The notes under the pieces were generated by a model. That model was given only the letters and a program-made list of their open reading frames with translations. It had not been told where the DNA came from and did not search any database. DNA of 32,000 nucleotides from Candidatus Saccharimonas sp. (GTDB lineage Bacteria; Patescibacteriota; Saccharimonadia; Saccharimonadales; Saccharimonadaceae). Shown here piece by piece: positions 9,584 through 18,853 of this stretch (its first letter is position 1; every line of letters starts with the position of its first letter). A program made the position numbers and the translations under genes. The stretch covers positions 1 through 32,000 of the forward strand of contig CP076101.2 in the NCBI GenBank assembly GCA_015256915.3. The letters are read 5' to 3'.

Positions 9584-11443
9584 TTAAAATAATTCATTCG
9601 GGTCGGCGTAACCGTTAGTCATCATATTATCACCCTGACGGTTTTTTGAACTATTTGGGCTGGTTGAAATAAGCTGGTGTTCTGTGTCGCTGGCGATGAT
9701 TTGAATATGAACGTGATTTTGGCCTGCAAAGAATAATCCTTGCCCAACTGGGAAGTTCGAAAGGCGCTTTCGTTCTTCTTCAGTTAATTTAAAGACATCA
9801 CTCAAAACATCAACCGCACTTGAAGACTGTTTTAAAAGTAGTTGCATTGAGCTGTTCGAAACAATCGCTCGACCCATTTTCGAACCCATAAAGTCTTCGA
9901 CGTCCTGCGAAATTGTAGTAAGGCCAAGATAATATTTTCGAGCGCGTTTTGCTAAACTGAACAAGAAGTTTGCCGAATCGTCGTATTTCATTAACTGCCA
10001 AGCTTCATCCACAATAAGCATTCGTTTTTTCTGTTCAGAACGCACAATATTCCAGATGTGAGAAAGTACGATATACATCGCAACTGGGCGAAGTTCATCT
10101 TCAAGGTCGCGAATATTAAATACAACCATCGAGTTATTGATATCGATATTTGATTGTTGCGAGAAAATTCCTGCGAAAGTTCCAGTTGTGTATTTTCGAA
10201 GGCGTTGCGCTAAGCTTGGGCCACTACCATCCATATGAACCAAGGTGTCATAAAGATTATGAATTGTTGGTGGTGTTGAATTATGCGTGAGAGGATCTGA
10301 AGTGATTCCAGCTCGAGCATAAGTGTCAATAATTGCTTGATCGAGGTCAGCTTCTTCATTTGGTGAAAGTCCAATTGATTGCCCTGCACTAGTTCCGCCA
10401 AGCATTAAACGGAATAGACCGTGAAGAGTTACGATATTTGCACGAAGCGCGTTATCTGCTTCTTCGGCATCAATAACGTGCGGTAAATCGAAAGGATTAA
10501 TTCTAACATCCGAGTTTAAGCTGAGGCGAATATAACTTCCGCCAACAGCATCGCTCAATTTTTGATATTCATTTTCTGGGTCAATAATTAATACCTCTGC
10601 ACCCATCATCATTGTTCGAAGAGCTTCAAGTTTCACTGTGAAAGATTTACCAGCACCAGATTTCGCGAAAACCACCATATTTGCGTTTTCAAGCGTATAG
10701 CGGTCAAAAATTACGAGCCCATTATTGTGCATATTAACGCCATAAAGAACACCATTTTCTTGGGTTAAATCGGCGGAAGTAAATGGAAATGAAGTTGAAA
10801 TTGCGCCTGTGTTCATATTTCGACGAATTTGAAGTTGGTCAGAGAGTTGTGGCACGGTAGATTTTAAGCCTTGTTCCTGCTGGCTTGACGCAACTTTCGA
10901 AAACAGCATTTGTTGGCCAAGCATTGTTTCAACTTTGCTTCGAACGAAATTAAGCTCATCAAGACTGTCGGCGTAAATTGTTAAATATAAGCCAAAACGG
11001 AAGAATTTTTCAGCACCAAGTTGTAATTGATCTCGGAGTTCTTCAGCATCATTCAGAGCAGCTTCAAGCGCTGGATCTCGGGTTCTACCTTTTTCATTAT
11101 TAATCGAAAGATCGGCTTCAAGCTGAGTAACTTTTCGACGAAGGTTTTTCATGACAATTTCAGTTTCAACAGGATAAATAAACATTGAAACATCTAAAAC
11201 TTCATCAGCATTTAAGATTGGTGAAGCCCATCCAGTATAAAGCTGGCGTGGATAACCATAAACATAAATTGTTTGACCATATTTTGTGCCAAGTCGAAAA
11301 TATCCTGAGTGAAATTCAAGACTTGATGGTGCGATTAAATCTCGCAAAGTGTTAATACCAGTTAAAAACGCTTGTTCAACTTCAGCTTGTTCTTGTGCTC
11401 GCTGTTGGGCTGCAATATCAACCGCATCTTTTTTCTTCGCCAT
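9584..11443 (-). CDS. virB4: VirB4/TrsE/PrgJ-family type IV secretion ATPase
   Basis: 619 aa. N-terminal domain typical of Gram-positive VirB4 (YFRLGTKYGQTIYVYGYPRQLYTGW). Walker A (AKSGAGKSFTVK) and Walker B (RMLIVDEAWQL). Confidence 0.9.
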   Translation of the reverse strand: MAKKKDAVDIAAQQRAQEQAEVEQAFLTGINTLRDLIAPSSLEFHSGYFRLGTKYGQTIYVYGYPRQLYTGWASPILNADEVLDVSMFIYPVETEIVMKNLRRKVTQLEADLSINNEKGRTRDPALEAALNDAEELRDQLQLGAEKFFRFGLYLTIYADSLDELNFVRSKVETMLGQQMLFSKVASSQQEQGLKSTVPQLSDQLQIRRNMNTGAISTSFPFTSADLTQENGVLYGVNMHNNGLVIFDRYTLENANMVVFAKSGAGKSFTVKLEALRTMMMGAEVLIIDPENEYQKLSDAVGGSYIRLSLNSDVRINPFDLPHVIDAEEADNALRANIVTLHGLFRLMLGGTSAGQSIGLSPNEEADLDQAIIDTYARAGITSDPLTHNSTPPTIHNLYDTLVHMDGSGPSLAQRLRKYTTGTFAGIFSQQSNIDINNSMVVFNIRDLEDELRPVAMYIVLSHIWNIVRSEQKKRMLIVDEAWQLMKYDDSANFLFSLAKRARKYYLGLTTISQDVEDFMGSKMGRAIVSNSSMQLLLKQSSSAVDVLSDVFKLTEEERKRLSNFPVGQGLFFAGQNHVHIQIIASDTEHQLISTSPNSSKNRQGDNMMTNGYADPNELF

Positions 11444-11445
11444 AA

Positions 11446-12222
11446 TTAAAATCCTCCTTGATCTGGTCGCTCACCTTCAGCTTTTCGAACGAATAAACTT
11501 GCTGTATCACGAAAATCGCCCAAAGGTTCATAAACAGCTGTATCTGGGTTATAAACATTATAATAAAGTTCACCGAGTTCTTTGGTGTTTAATTGAACTG
11601 ATTTAATTCCCATTTGGTAAAGACCGCCAGTAATTGAATCAACGCGTTTTTTAATTTCTTCGCGTGCTTTATCCCAAGTGTTGCGGTCGATTTTCGAAAT
11701 TTGACCACCTGGTTTTGCAAAAATTTTACCAAAAAATCCTTTTGCTGAACCCTTTAAATTGTTTAAATCGCCACTCGGATAATAAGGAACCACAATAAAG
11801 AAAGATTTATCCATAATATTCGCACTTCGGCTAAGGCTATCAATAAAGTTAATGTAATCTTCCATTAAGTCGCCAAGCAACATATTGTCTTGCGCTACTT
11901 GAATTTCAGCCAATTTATTTAAATAGGGCTCAATATCAACTCGTTGTGAGCGAACCAAAATCTGAATTGGAAAAGTTAATGCGTTCAAAAAACTTTGATA
12001 AGAATATTCTACACCCTCGCGTTCTCGTGAGCTCATAAGATCGAAGTTAATTGATTTGCAAGCAATAACAGCACGAAAGCTTCCGTCGCGCATTACAACC
12101 ATTCCTTCGCGAAGTTCGGCAATGTCAAGCGAATTTTGCGTTGAAGATGGATTTGTTGGAGCACTTATATTTGTTTGATTTTGGCTCTGATTTTGTTGAT
12201 TATTAACTTGATTATTATTCAT
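11446..12222 (-). CDS. Hypothetical T4SS-operon protein (Q/N-rich N-terminus; resembles a VirB4 N-terminal-type domain)
   Basis: 258 aa ORF packed between the PrgI-like gene (1 nt gap) and virB4 (2 nt gap). The pattern LDIAELREGMVVMRDGSFRAVIACKSINFDLMSSRE...FLNALTFPIQILV resembles the VirB4 N-terminal domain layout. There is no ATPase motif. Confidence 0.55.
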   Translation of the reverse strand: MNNNQVNNQQNQSQNQTNISAPTNPSSTQNSLDIAELREGMVVMRDGSFRAVIACKSINFDLMSSREREGVEYSYQSFLNALTFPIQILVRSQRVDIEPYLNKLAEIQVAQDNMLLGDLMEDYINFIDSLSRSANIMDKSFFIVVPYYPSGDLNNLKGSAKGFFGKIFAKPGGQISKIDRNTWDKAREEIKKRVDSITGGLYQMGIKSVQLNTKELGELYYNVYNPDTAVYEPLGDFRDTASLFVRKAEGERPDQGGF

Positions 12223-12223
12223 A

Positions 12224-13654
12224 TTACCTCAATGAAATTACTACTTCTTTTTCACCCAAGTCGACCTCGTTCGAATTTTCTTGGGTTTTCTTTTCCTTAT
12301 CTGCTAGTTTATTTGCTTGGCGCGCAAGCGTTTCTACCGAAAGGTCTTTTCCTTCTGAAACTAACCTTTTCATTTCTGCGCTAATCTTATTTACAGATTC
12401 TCGTTCTGTGAAGTTTCTTCTATTTAAAAAAGGATTATTCTCTGGATTAGTAGAAATTCTAACTTTCGGATCTCGCTTTTCACGTTCAATAGTTTCATTA
12501 TTTTGCCTAATTCGTTCAAAACTGTTGTTAATTCCTTCTAAATCTTGATTAAAATCATCTGGCGGATTTTCGAAATGGTTTTGTGACTCTGATTGTTGAG
12601 CTGGTTGTGGTGCGGGTGGTGTAAAATTCGAAAGTGGCTGTGGTGAAGGCTGCGTAAATTGTTGTGGTTGATCTTGCCAATTTGGTGAAATAACTGTTTG
12701 ATTCATTGAGTCTGGGTAAGGATTGTAATTTAAATGAATATTTTCATCAAAATTTTGTTGCGGTTGATTTTGCCAATTTTTATTTTGCTGAAAATTATTA
12801 TAATTTTGCGCTTGCGATTGATTCCAATTTTGCAAATTTGAAAAAGCCCCATTTTGCATTTGTGGCTGATTGTGGTTAAAATTCATTTGGTATTGATTTT
12901 GCTGATTTTGAGAAAAAGCCGTTGGCTTAACTTCAGCTGGTTCTAAAACTTGAACATCTTCAAATTTAATGTTGTCTGAACCTTCGTATCGATTTTTAGG
13001 GTCGAAATAATAAGTTTTGTCTTGAATATTTTCCGAATTTTCATTTGTAAATTGCGCTAAATTTCGTGCCATATCAAGATTTTGCATAATTTGCTGTTTT
13101 CGTCTCTGGTCGTGTTGGTTTAATAAATTATCAACATTTGAAGAAACTCGTGAATTATCAAACATATCTTCAGCTGCACGAGCTTCATTCGAATATTCTT
13201 CACGAACAGTTGTATTGATCGGTGCAATAGAGTGTTTAATAGCCCACCCTTCAGTATCAACAATATCCGCCAAGTAGCTGAGTCTGCGTGAGGCTTCATT
13301 TTGTGAAAGTTCTTTTGTGAGGTGTTCTTCTCTATTTACCGGTGCAGAAATTTGAATTAAATGTTCCACGCCATCTGGCTGCCAAAAACGCTTGTTTGGT
13401 TTTAAATAAAATGAAACAACCGCTGCAAGATAAGTTTCCATTGGTTGGTCTTTTCTAAGCGGTAAAGCGAGCGCACCGAAAAAGATAATAATAGGTAGTG
13501 GTAAAATAATTAACCCCGGGAAAATTCCCCAAAGAAAAATCTCCAGCGCAATACAGCCTGCCACAATAATCAGGTAAATGAATTGCCGAAAGTTAAACGG
13601 CCCAAGCAATTTGTCATCAGCCTCAACGTCTTGAGGAACTTTATAAACGCTCAT
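12224..13654 (-). CDS. PrgI-family (VirB3-like) membrane protein with a long Q/N/P-rich C-terminal extension
   Basis: 476 aa. The N-terminus (VPQDVEADDKLLGPFNFRQFIYLIIVAGCIALEIF...) followed by two TM helices matches the PrgI family pattern. The C-terminal two-thirds is low complexity (QNQQNQYQMNFNHNQPQMQN...NWQNQPQQNF...NWQDQPQQF). Confidence 0.6.
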   Translation of the reverse strand: MSVYKVPQDVEADDKLLGPFNFRQFIYLIIVAGCIALEIFLWGIFPGLIILPLPIIIFFGALALPLRKDQPMETYLAAVVSFYLKPNKRFWQPDGVEHLIQISAPVNREEHLTKELSQNEASRRLSYLADIVDTEGWAIKHSIAPINTTVREEYSNEARAAEDMFDNSRVSSNVDNLLNQHDQRRKQQIMQNLDMARNLAQFTNENSENIQDKTYYFDPKNRYEGSDNIKFEDVQVLEPAEVKPTAFSQNQQNQYQMNFNHNQPQMQNGAFSNLQNWNQSQAQNYNNFQQNKNWQNQPQQNFDENIHLNYNPYPDSMNQTVISPNWQDQPQQFTQPSPQPLSNFTPPAPQPAQQSESQNHFENPPDDFNQDLEGINNSFERIRQNNETIEREKRDPKVRISTNPENNPFLNRRNFTERESVNKISAEMKRLVSEGKDLSVETLARQANKLADKEKKTQENSNEVDLGEKEVVISLR

Positions 13655-13758
13655 TCTTTATTTGCCCACTTCTCCTTATTTCAATAATATTAATTTTAAC
13701 ATATTTTCGAAAAAAAATAAAGCTTAAAAATAAAATAGGCAAAACATTTAGATTCTGC

Positions 13759-16464
13759 CTATTTCTTGTCTTTAATATTTTCAGGTTTCCAATTTCCACC
13801 CAAAACTTTATCATAAAGATCTCTATTATTTCGTTCAATCTCTTTAAGCATTTTGCGAATTTCAGCACCTTGCACAGCATTGAGTTTTCCGTATTCTGAA
13901 GGGTTTTCATTAATCGCCTTAACACTTTCGAGTGTGGATCTAATGGTTTCATTCGACATATTCGAAATTGCTGATTTATCCCAAATGATTTTCATTGCGT
14001 CATTTGAAGCTTTAATAATTTTATCATCTGAGACATTTTTAGCGTAATTGTCGTGAATGGCATTATAAACTTCTTTCGAATTCATACCATTTACAGCAAT
14101 ATTTTCAAGTGCTGCACCACCAATAAATTGAAGATCGTCTTTTTTGGTTTTCTTGAAAGCTTCAACCAAGTCGTTGCGGTTAGCGTTTAATTCCCCACCA
14201 ATTTCAGTTTTACCAAGTGAATCAATAGCACCTTTTAAGTCGGTCGTTCCCATAAACTTTTCGGCTGTTGCAGCGCGTAAGTTTTTAGTAATTTCGAAAT
14301 TAATTCCATCTTTCTGGATTTTTTCACCCATATTTTTCGAAAAGATTTCGCTATAATCACTACCTGAAAAATTAAGTGATTTTGTGAGGTTTGTGAGTGA
14401 TTCGACTTCTTCTTTGTTCTCTTTCGAAGCTGCTACTAAAGAACTTGCAAGCGCCGAGACTTTTCCAGCTTCACCACGCACACCAGATGCGGTTTCAAGC
14501 AAGTCGTTGCTATAGCGCATATTATTTGCCATTGCATTATTGAGTGAAAGATTATTATTCTTTTCAGCCAGTTTAAGAGCATTTGTTTGATTCATATTAT
14601 CAACAAATCGAAGTGCTTGCTCGCCAAATTTCCCACGTAGAGCTTTTAGTGATGCTTCACTTAAATCAACAACACCAGTAATGTTTCCATTATCATCTTT
14701 TTTAAGCGTTGAATTAAATAATTCTGCTTTAATTTGCGAAAGTCCAGCATTTGTGCTTGCGGTTGCACGATTGAGAGCTTCGGTAGCTAACATTTCTTGA
14801 TACTGAGTATCTGAATTTATTAAATGCTTTTTGCGAGCATTATAATACATGTTTGAAAATGCATTCGAACCTTCTGGCATATTTTGAATTGCATCTCGTC
14901 TTTCATTTTCAAGCTCCGCAAAGCGTTCTTTTTGATATAATTCTGCAATCGATTTTGAAGCACCTATTCGACGTTGGCGGTTGTAGTTCATCTGATTAAT
15001 TCGTACAGGAAGTGAATTTGGCTTTTCTGCAATTGCACGATTTCGATACATTTCTTGGTTTTCTGAAAGGAATTTCTTTACACGATCAACCGGACCTTTA
15101 TTCGGATTATTGATAATTCCGGCAAATTTACCAAGCAGACTACCGCTAATTCGCATAATTGTTGGCGTAATCGCTAGCGGCACAACTTGTACTACGGCAC
15201 CAAGTAAGAAAATTAAAAAGCTACCGTTCGAACTTGCAATAATTGTTGTTCCAATTAATTGAGAACCCCCAAAAAGAAGTGAAATTAAAGGATACATCAC
15301 GAGCATTGTTGTGAATAAATCTTTCCATTTTTCGAACCATTTTTCAGTATTTGGTAGAATATTCGCTGCAAATGCAAGTGGTGCTAAGAAAACTAAAACA
15401 ATAATGATTGCCTGTCGTGCAGCTAAAATTACTAAAGCTACAACTGCCGAATAAATTACTGCAACTAGTGCTCCAAGAATCATCATTACTGCAGCACCAA
15501 TATTACCCATAGTTGCAACCGTTACAGTGTAAGCACCATAAGCCACCACGCCAGTTCCGCTCAAAACCGCAGCGGTCATATTTGACCAATCAAGATTAGC
15601 TGTTTTTACCTTATTTTCACCACCACTGTTAAAAATGCTATCTCTAATTCCAATTAAAAGATTTTGAGTTTGTGCTCCTAAGATATTCGAAATATCAACT
15701 AGAATTGCACAAATATAATAGGAAACATTAATTAAAATTGCTGCAATAATTAGTTTTGGTAATAATTTTTTAATTCCGTAATTACTAATCCCAAAACCTG
15801 TTATTTGCGAATAAATTACGAAAACAAATCCAATCACAAAAAAGACGTTTGCGACATTTCGCATATAATCCCAAACTTGAAAAAGACCAGATTGATTTGA
15901 TGTATAAAGTGGTTGTACTCGTAAAAATGCTTGGAGCCAGTCATAAATACCGTCCATCCATTTCGAAATTGTATTAGCAACCATACAAACCATCCAGCCG
16001 CCCCCACCTTCAACACTACAAAGTGACTTATCTTCGTCTTTCGAAACGCCATCAACTTTAACATCTTGTGCTTCACCGTTTTGTTTTACATTCCCGAGTG
16101 CGCTTACATCAAATGAATAAATTTTTCCGCTTGAAGTATCATTCTCATTATCAAGAGCGATTACTGTTGTTTTGTTTTCACCAGCATTTAATGAAGAATT
16201 TTCGGCATAAAGTTTTTTTGAACGAATTGATTCTGGAAATCTTGAAGTGTCAGAAACTTTTGAGTATGTTTTTCCGTTATATGTTATGCCATTTTTTGAA
16301 GAATCTGTCCATTTTGCTCCGTCAAGAGCAAGAGCGATATTCGAATTAAAAAATCCCAAGATTGCGACTACTGTAAAGATCGCGACAAAAAATCCATTTC
16401 GAAAATCTTGAGTTTTTGCTTTTTTAAACCTCGCCAAAGTTTGCATATGACCTGATTTTATCAT
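13759..16464 (-). CDS. VirB6/TrbL-like polytopic T4SS channel protein with a large hydrophilic C-terminal domain
   Basis: 901 aa. N-terminal TM/signal anchor, an ectodomain of about 150 aa, about 6-7 TM helices (residues about 195-470), then a soluble tail of about 430 aa. First gene of the minus-strand operon. Confidence 0.65.
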   Translation of the reverse strand: MIKSGHMQTLARFKKAKTQDFRNGFFVAIFTVVAILGFFNSNIALALDGAKWTDSSKNGITYNGKTYSKVSDTSRFPESIRSKKLYAENSSLNAGENKTTVIALDNENDTSSGKIYSFDVSALGNVKQNGEAQDVKVDGVSKDEDKSLCSVEGGGGWMVCMVANTISKWMDGIYDWLQAFLRVQPLYTSNQSGLFQVWDYMRNVANVFFVIGFVFVIYSQITGFGISNYGIKKLLPKLIIAAILINVSYYICAILVDISNILGAQTQNLLIGIRDSIFNSGGENKVKTANLDWSNMTAAVLSGTGVVAYGAYTVTVATMGNIGAAVMMILGALVAVIYSAVVALVILAARQAIIIVLVFLAPLAFAANILPNTEKWFEKWKDLFTTMLVMYPLISLLFGGSQLIGTTIIASSNGSFLIFLLGAVVQVVPLAITPTIMRISGSLLGKFAGIINNPNKGPVDRVKKFLSENQEMYRNRAIAEKPNSLPVRINQMNYNRQRRIGASKSIAELYQKERFAELENERRDAIQNMPEGSNAFSNMYYNARKKHLINSDTQYQEMLATEALNRATASTNAGLSQIKAELFNSTLKKDDNGNITGVVDLSEASLKALRGKFGEQALRFVDNMNQTNALKLAEKNNNLSLNNAMANNMRYSNDLLETASGVRGEAGKVSALASSLVAASKENKEEVESLTNLTKSLNFSGSDYSEIFSKNMGEKIQKDGINFEITKNLRAATAEKFMGTTDLKGAIDSLGKTEIGGELNANRNDLVEAFKKTKKDDLQFIGGAALENIAVNGMNSKEVYNAIHDNYAKNVSDDKIIKASNDAMKIIWDKSAISNMSNETIRSTLESVKAINENPSEYGKLNAVQGAEIRKMLKEIERNNRDLYDKVLGGNWKPENIKDKK

Positions 16465-16552
16465 AATTTAACCCTTTTGTCAACCTTAAAATTAAGTTTT
16501 TTAGAATAAAACACTTGCTTTTTCCCTAAAAATGGTTTAAAGTATAATTATC

Positions 16553-17026
16553 ATGGTAAACAAAATAAAAAATATAATAATAGTTGGGTTAGTTTTGATG
16601 AGCTTTTTTACGTCTTTTCAGAGTGTTTTCTCTTTGAATTATACTTTTGCGAAAGAAGTGGTTCAAGATAGTAATGGTAATTATGTGGACCCTAGTGATT
16701 TAAAATCAAAATCGGATTCAAACAGTAATTCTGACAGTAAAAAAAATAAAGATACTCCCTCTACTGAAGCAAAAACTGCAATTCTCCCTTCAGACTGGAA
16801 AATTGAAGATATTTTAAATATGGTTTTAGTTGTAGTAACTACTGGTGTTGGAATTGCAGCAGTTGGCTCGATTGTTTTTGCTGGCGTTCTATATATTACC
16901 GCTCGTGATAATGCTGCACAAGTTTCGAAAGCTAAAACAATGATTACGAATACAATTATTGGTATTATAGCTTATATTTTAATGTGGGCGTTCTTAGAAT
17001 GGATTATTCCAGGAGGAATTTTATAA
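16553..17026 (+). CDS. T4SS pilin-like (VirB2/TrbC-type) small membrane protein, paralog 1
   Basis: 157 aa: signal peptide, variable Ser/Asp/Asn-rich region, then the shared two-TM core (AGVLYITARDNAAQVSKAKTMITNTIIGIIAYIL). No Shine-Dalgarno sequence. TATAAT at 16543-16548. Confidence 0.7.
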   Translation: MVNKIKNIIIVGLVLMSFFTSFQSVFSLNYTFAKEVVQDSNGNYVDPSDLKSKSDSNSNSDSKKNKDTPSTEAKTAILPSDWKIEDILNMVLVVVTTGVGIAAVGSIVFAGVLYITARDNAAQVSKAKTMITNTIIGIIAYILMWAFLEWIIPGGIL

Positions 17027-17454
17027 TGAAAAAGATTATTCTAGCGATTTTTATAACTTTTATGCCAGTTTTATATTTTTCGAATAATGCTTATGCGGCT
17101 GGTTGTAACGATAATCAAACTTTTTTCGGTCTCCCCGCTTGGTATCGTGGATTAACTAAATCTGGCGAAGGAGGATGTCAAATTAAAAATATTGGGCCAT
17201 CTGGAAAGGGTGAAGTTACTTTAGAACAGTTTGTCTGGACAGTGGTTGCGAATGTTATTGATATGGCCTTTCGAATCGCTGGTGTCGCTGCAATAGGATT
17301 TATTATTTATGCAGGTTATCAATATATGATTGCTGTTGGTGATCCAGGAAAACTTGCGGGTGCTAAAAAATCACTAACCAATGCGATAATCGGACTAGTG
17401 ATTGCGGTTCTTGCTTCAACAATAGTAACGTTTATATTAGGAATTTTAGGATAA
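17026..17454 (+). CDS. T4SS pilin-like small membrane protein, paralog 2
   Basis: ATG at 17026 overlaps the paralog 1 stop (TAATG) and follows AGGAGGA at 17011-17017. Signal peptide (MKKIILAIFITFMPVLYFSNNAYA), Cys pair, core (AGYQYMIAVGDPGKLAGAKKSLTNAIIGLVIAVLA). The GTG start at 16984 in the ORF track is rejected. Confidence 0.75.
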   Translation: MKKIILAIFITFMPVLYFSNNAYAAGCNDNQTFFGLPAWYRGLTKSGEGGCQIKNIGPSGKGEVTLEQFVWTVVANVIDMAFRIAGVAAIGFIIYAGYQYMIAVGDPGKLAGAKKSLTNAIIGLVIAVLASTIVTFILGILG

Positions 17455-17774
17455 TGAAAGAATATAAATTTTTAGCAGAAGCATCCTTTGATAAATCAAA
17501 AGTATTAAACGGAATTGATACTTCGAATAAAAACAAAGCTAGTGATGCTTCGATGCAGAATGCTTTCAATACTGCTTTTATCTGGGCTGGAATTATCTGT
17601 GTAATTATAATTATCGTGGCTGGATTAACATTTATAACGGCTGCCGGAAATCCAGGAACAATTTCGAAAGCAAAATCTGCACTAATTTACGCTTGTGTAG
17701 GTATTGTTGTAATTATATCGGCTGCACTAATTGTTAACTTAATTCTTGGCGGATTACTAACGGGGTCAATATAA
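17454..17774 (+). CDS. T4SS pilin-like small membrane protein, paralog 3 (no obvious signal peptide)
   Basis: 106 aa. Start overlaps the upstream stop (TAATG). Core AGLTFITAAGNPGTISKAKSALIYACVGIVVIISAALIVN. The N-terminus is hydrophilic. Confidence 0.7.
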   Translation: MKEYKFLAEASFDKSKVLNGIDTSNKNKASDASMQNAFNTAFIWAGIICVIIIIVAGLTFITAAGNPGTISKAKSALIYACVGIVVIISAALIVNLILGGLLTGSI

Positions 17775-18190
17775 TGAGAAAAATAATTTTAATAATTAGT
17801 ATTTTATTTTCAATAATTCTATCACCTATCGCTTTTGCGGAAGGTGGAACTAACGGGACTAATGGTAGTGGAGGAACATTTAACGCTTGTAAACATGTTG
17901 TTTCTGGAAAGACTGCAGTTTGTTCTGGTGATTCGAAAAATGCTACAAATATTGCTAAAAATATAATCTCTATCCTCCTGTGGGTTGTTGGTATAGCGGC
18001 GGTTATTGTTATTATTTACGCAGGAATAACATTTGTAACAGCAGCCGGCAATCCTTCGAAAATTTCTCAAGCTAAAACTATGTTAATCTATGCTGTTGTT
18101 GGTTTAGCGGTTGCAATTCTTGCTTATGCGATTGTTAATTTCGTTATTAACACTTCAAGTGGAAAAGGGGTTGGCGGAGGATCATCTTGA
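17774..18190 (+). CDS. T4SS pilin-like small membrane protein, paralog 4
   Basis: 138 aa. Start overlaps the upstream stop. Signal peptide, Cys pair (ACKHVVSGKTAVC), core AGITFVTAAGNPSKISQAKTMLIYAVVGLAVAILAYAIVNFVIN. Confidence 0.8.
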   Translation: MRKIILIISILFSIILSPIAFAEGGTNGTNGSGGTFNACKHVVSGKTAVCSGDSKNATNIAKNIISILLWVVGIAAVIVIIYAGITFVTAAGNPSKISQAKTMLIYAVVGLAVAILAYAIVNFVINTSSGKGVGGGSS

Positions 18191-18338
18191 AGCTAAGGCA
18201 TATCTGTCGAATCTAATAATTTAAGTGACTTAACTAATATTGAATCGCAAAGCAAAAAAATGGTGAAAATAATTCAGGATAAAGTTCGAGCGGTTCGAAC
18301 AGTTCAAATAATAATTAAAACAATATAAGGAGAATAAA

Positions 18339-18728
18339 ATGAAGAAAATTTTAATAACTTTTGGATTAATCCTTGCGGTAGTTGGCTCTTTTGCCTTCAA
18401 TGCTGGATTTTTCGAAAAACAAGCTTATGCAAATAGTGCAGCAGATTTAATTAAACAAGGTGCAGATTCAACTGGTCAAAAAGATACTCGTTCAGCTGGT
18501 GATATTGCTAAAGATGTTGTAAGTATAATGTTCTTTATTATTGGTGTTATGGCAGTTATTATGATTATTTGGGGCGGAATTCGATATGTTCTTTCAGCCG
18601 GAAATAGTGCTGCTCTCACTAGTGCAAAAAATACAATTGTCTATTCTATTATAGGTTTAATTATTGCAATCCTTGCATATGCAATTGTGAACTTTGTTAT
18701 TAATACAGTTGCGGGTGGTAATCGGTAA
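18339..18728 (+). CDS. T4SS pilin-like small membrane protein, paralog 5
   Basis: 129 aa. AAGGAGA Shine-Dalgarno sequence upstream. Signal peptide, core GGIRYVLSAGNSAALTSAKNTIVYSIIGLIIAILAYAIVNFVIN. Confidence 0.8.
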   Translation: MKKILITFGLILAVVGSFAFNAGFFEKQAYANSAADLIKQGADSTGQKDTRSAGDIAKDVVSIMFFIIGVMAVIMIIWGGIRYVLSAGNSAALTSAKNTIVYSIIGLIIAILAYAIVNFVINTVAGGNR

Positions 18729-18786
18729 TCATAAGACTTCAAACTTAATTTTGTTTAGTTGAATGGATAACTAATAATTAAAATAC

Positions 18787-18814
18787 TTGCAAAATAGTAA
18801 AAATTTGATATAAT
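18787..18814 (+). promoter_or_regulatory. Sigma70-like promoter for pilin paralog 6
   Basis: TTGCAA (18787-18792), 16 nt spacer ending in TGa, then TATAAT (18809-18814), about 40 nt upstream of the ATG at 18854. Confidence 0.5.
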
Positions 18815-18853
18815 TTAAGTATATATAATTTAAGAAAGGAAATGTAATTTAAA

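Noticed and set aside
12605-12949. Repetitive DNA in the PrgI-like gene as a non-coding tandem repeat
   Set aside because: The repeats are imperfect, in frame, and translate to a continuous Q/N/P-rich segment of an intact ORF. It is treated as a coding low-complexity region.
13641-13952. 103 aa minus-strand ORF overlapping the 3' end of the VirB6-like gene and the intergenic spacer
   Set aside because: It is out of frame with a strongly supported 901 aa gene and overlaps it. It has no ribosome-binding site or recognisable motif.
16984-17025. GTG-initiated N-terminal extension of pilin paralog 2 given in the ORF track
   Set aside because: The extension overlaps the end of paralog 1 and encodes a non-signal-like peptide (MGVLRMDYSRRNFI). 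The ATG at 17026 has a perfect AGGAGGA ribosome-binding site and yields a canonical signal peptide.
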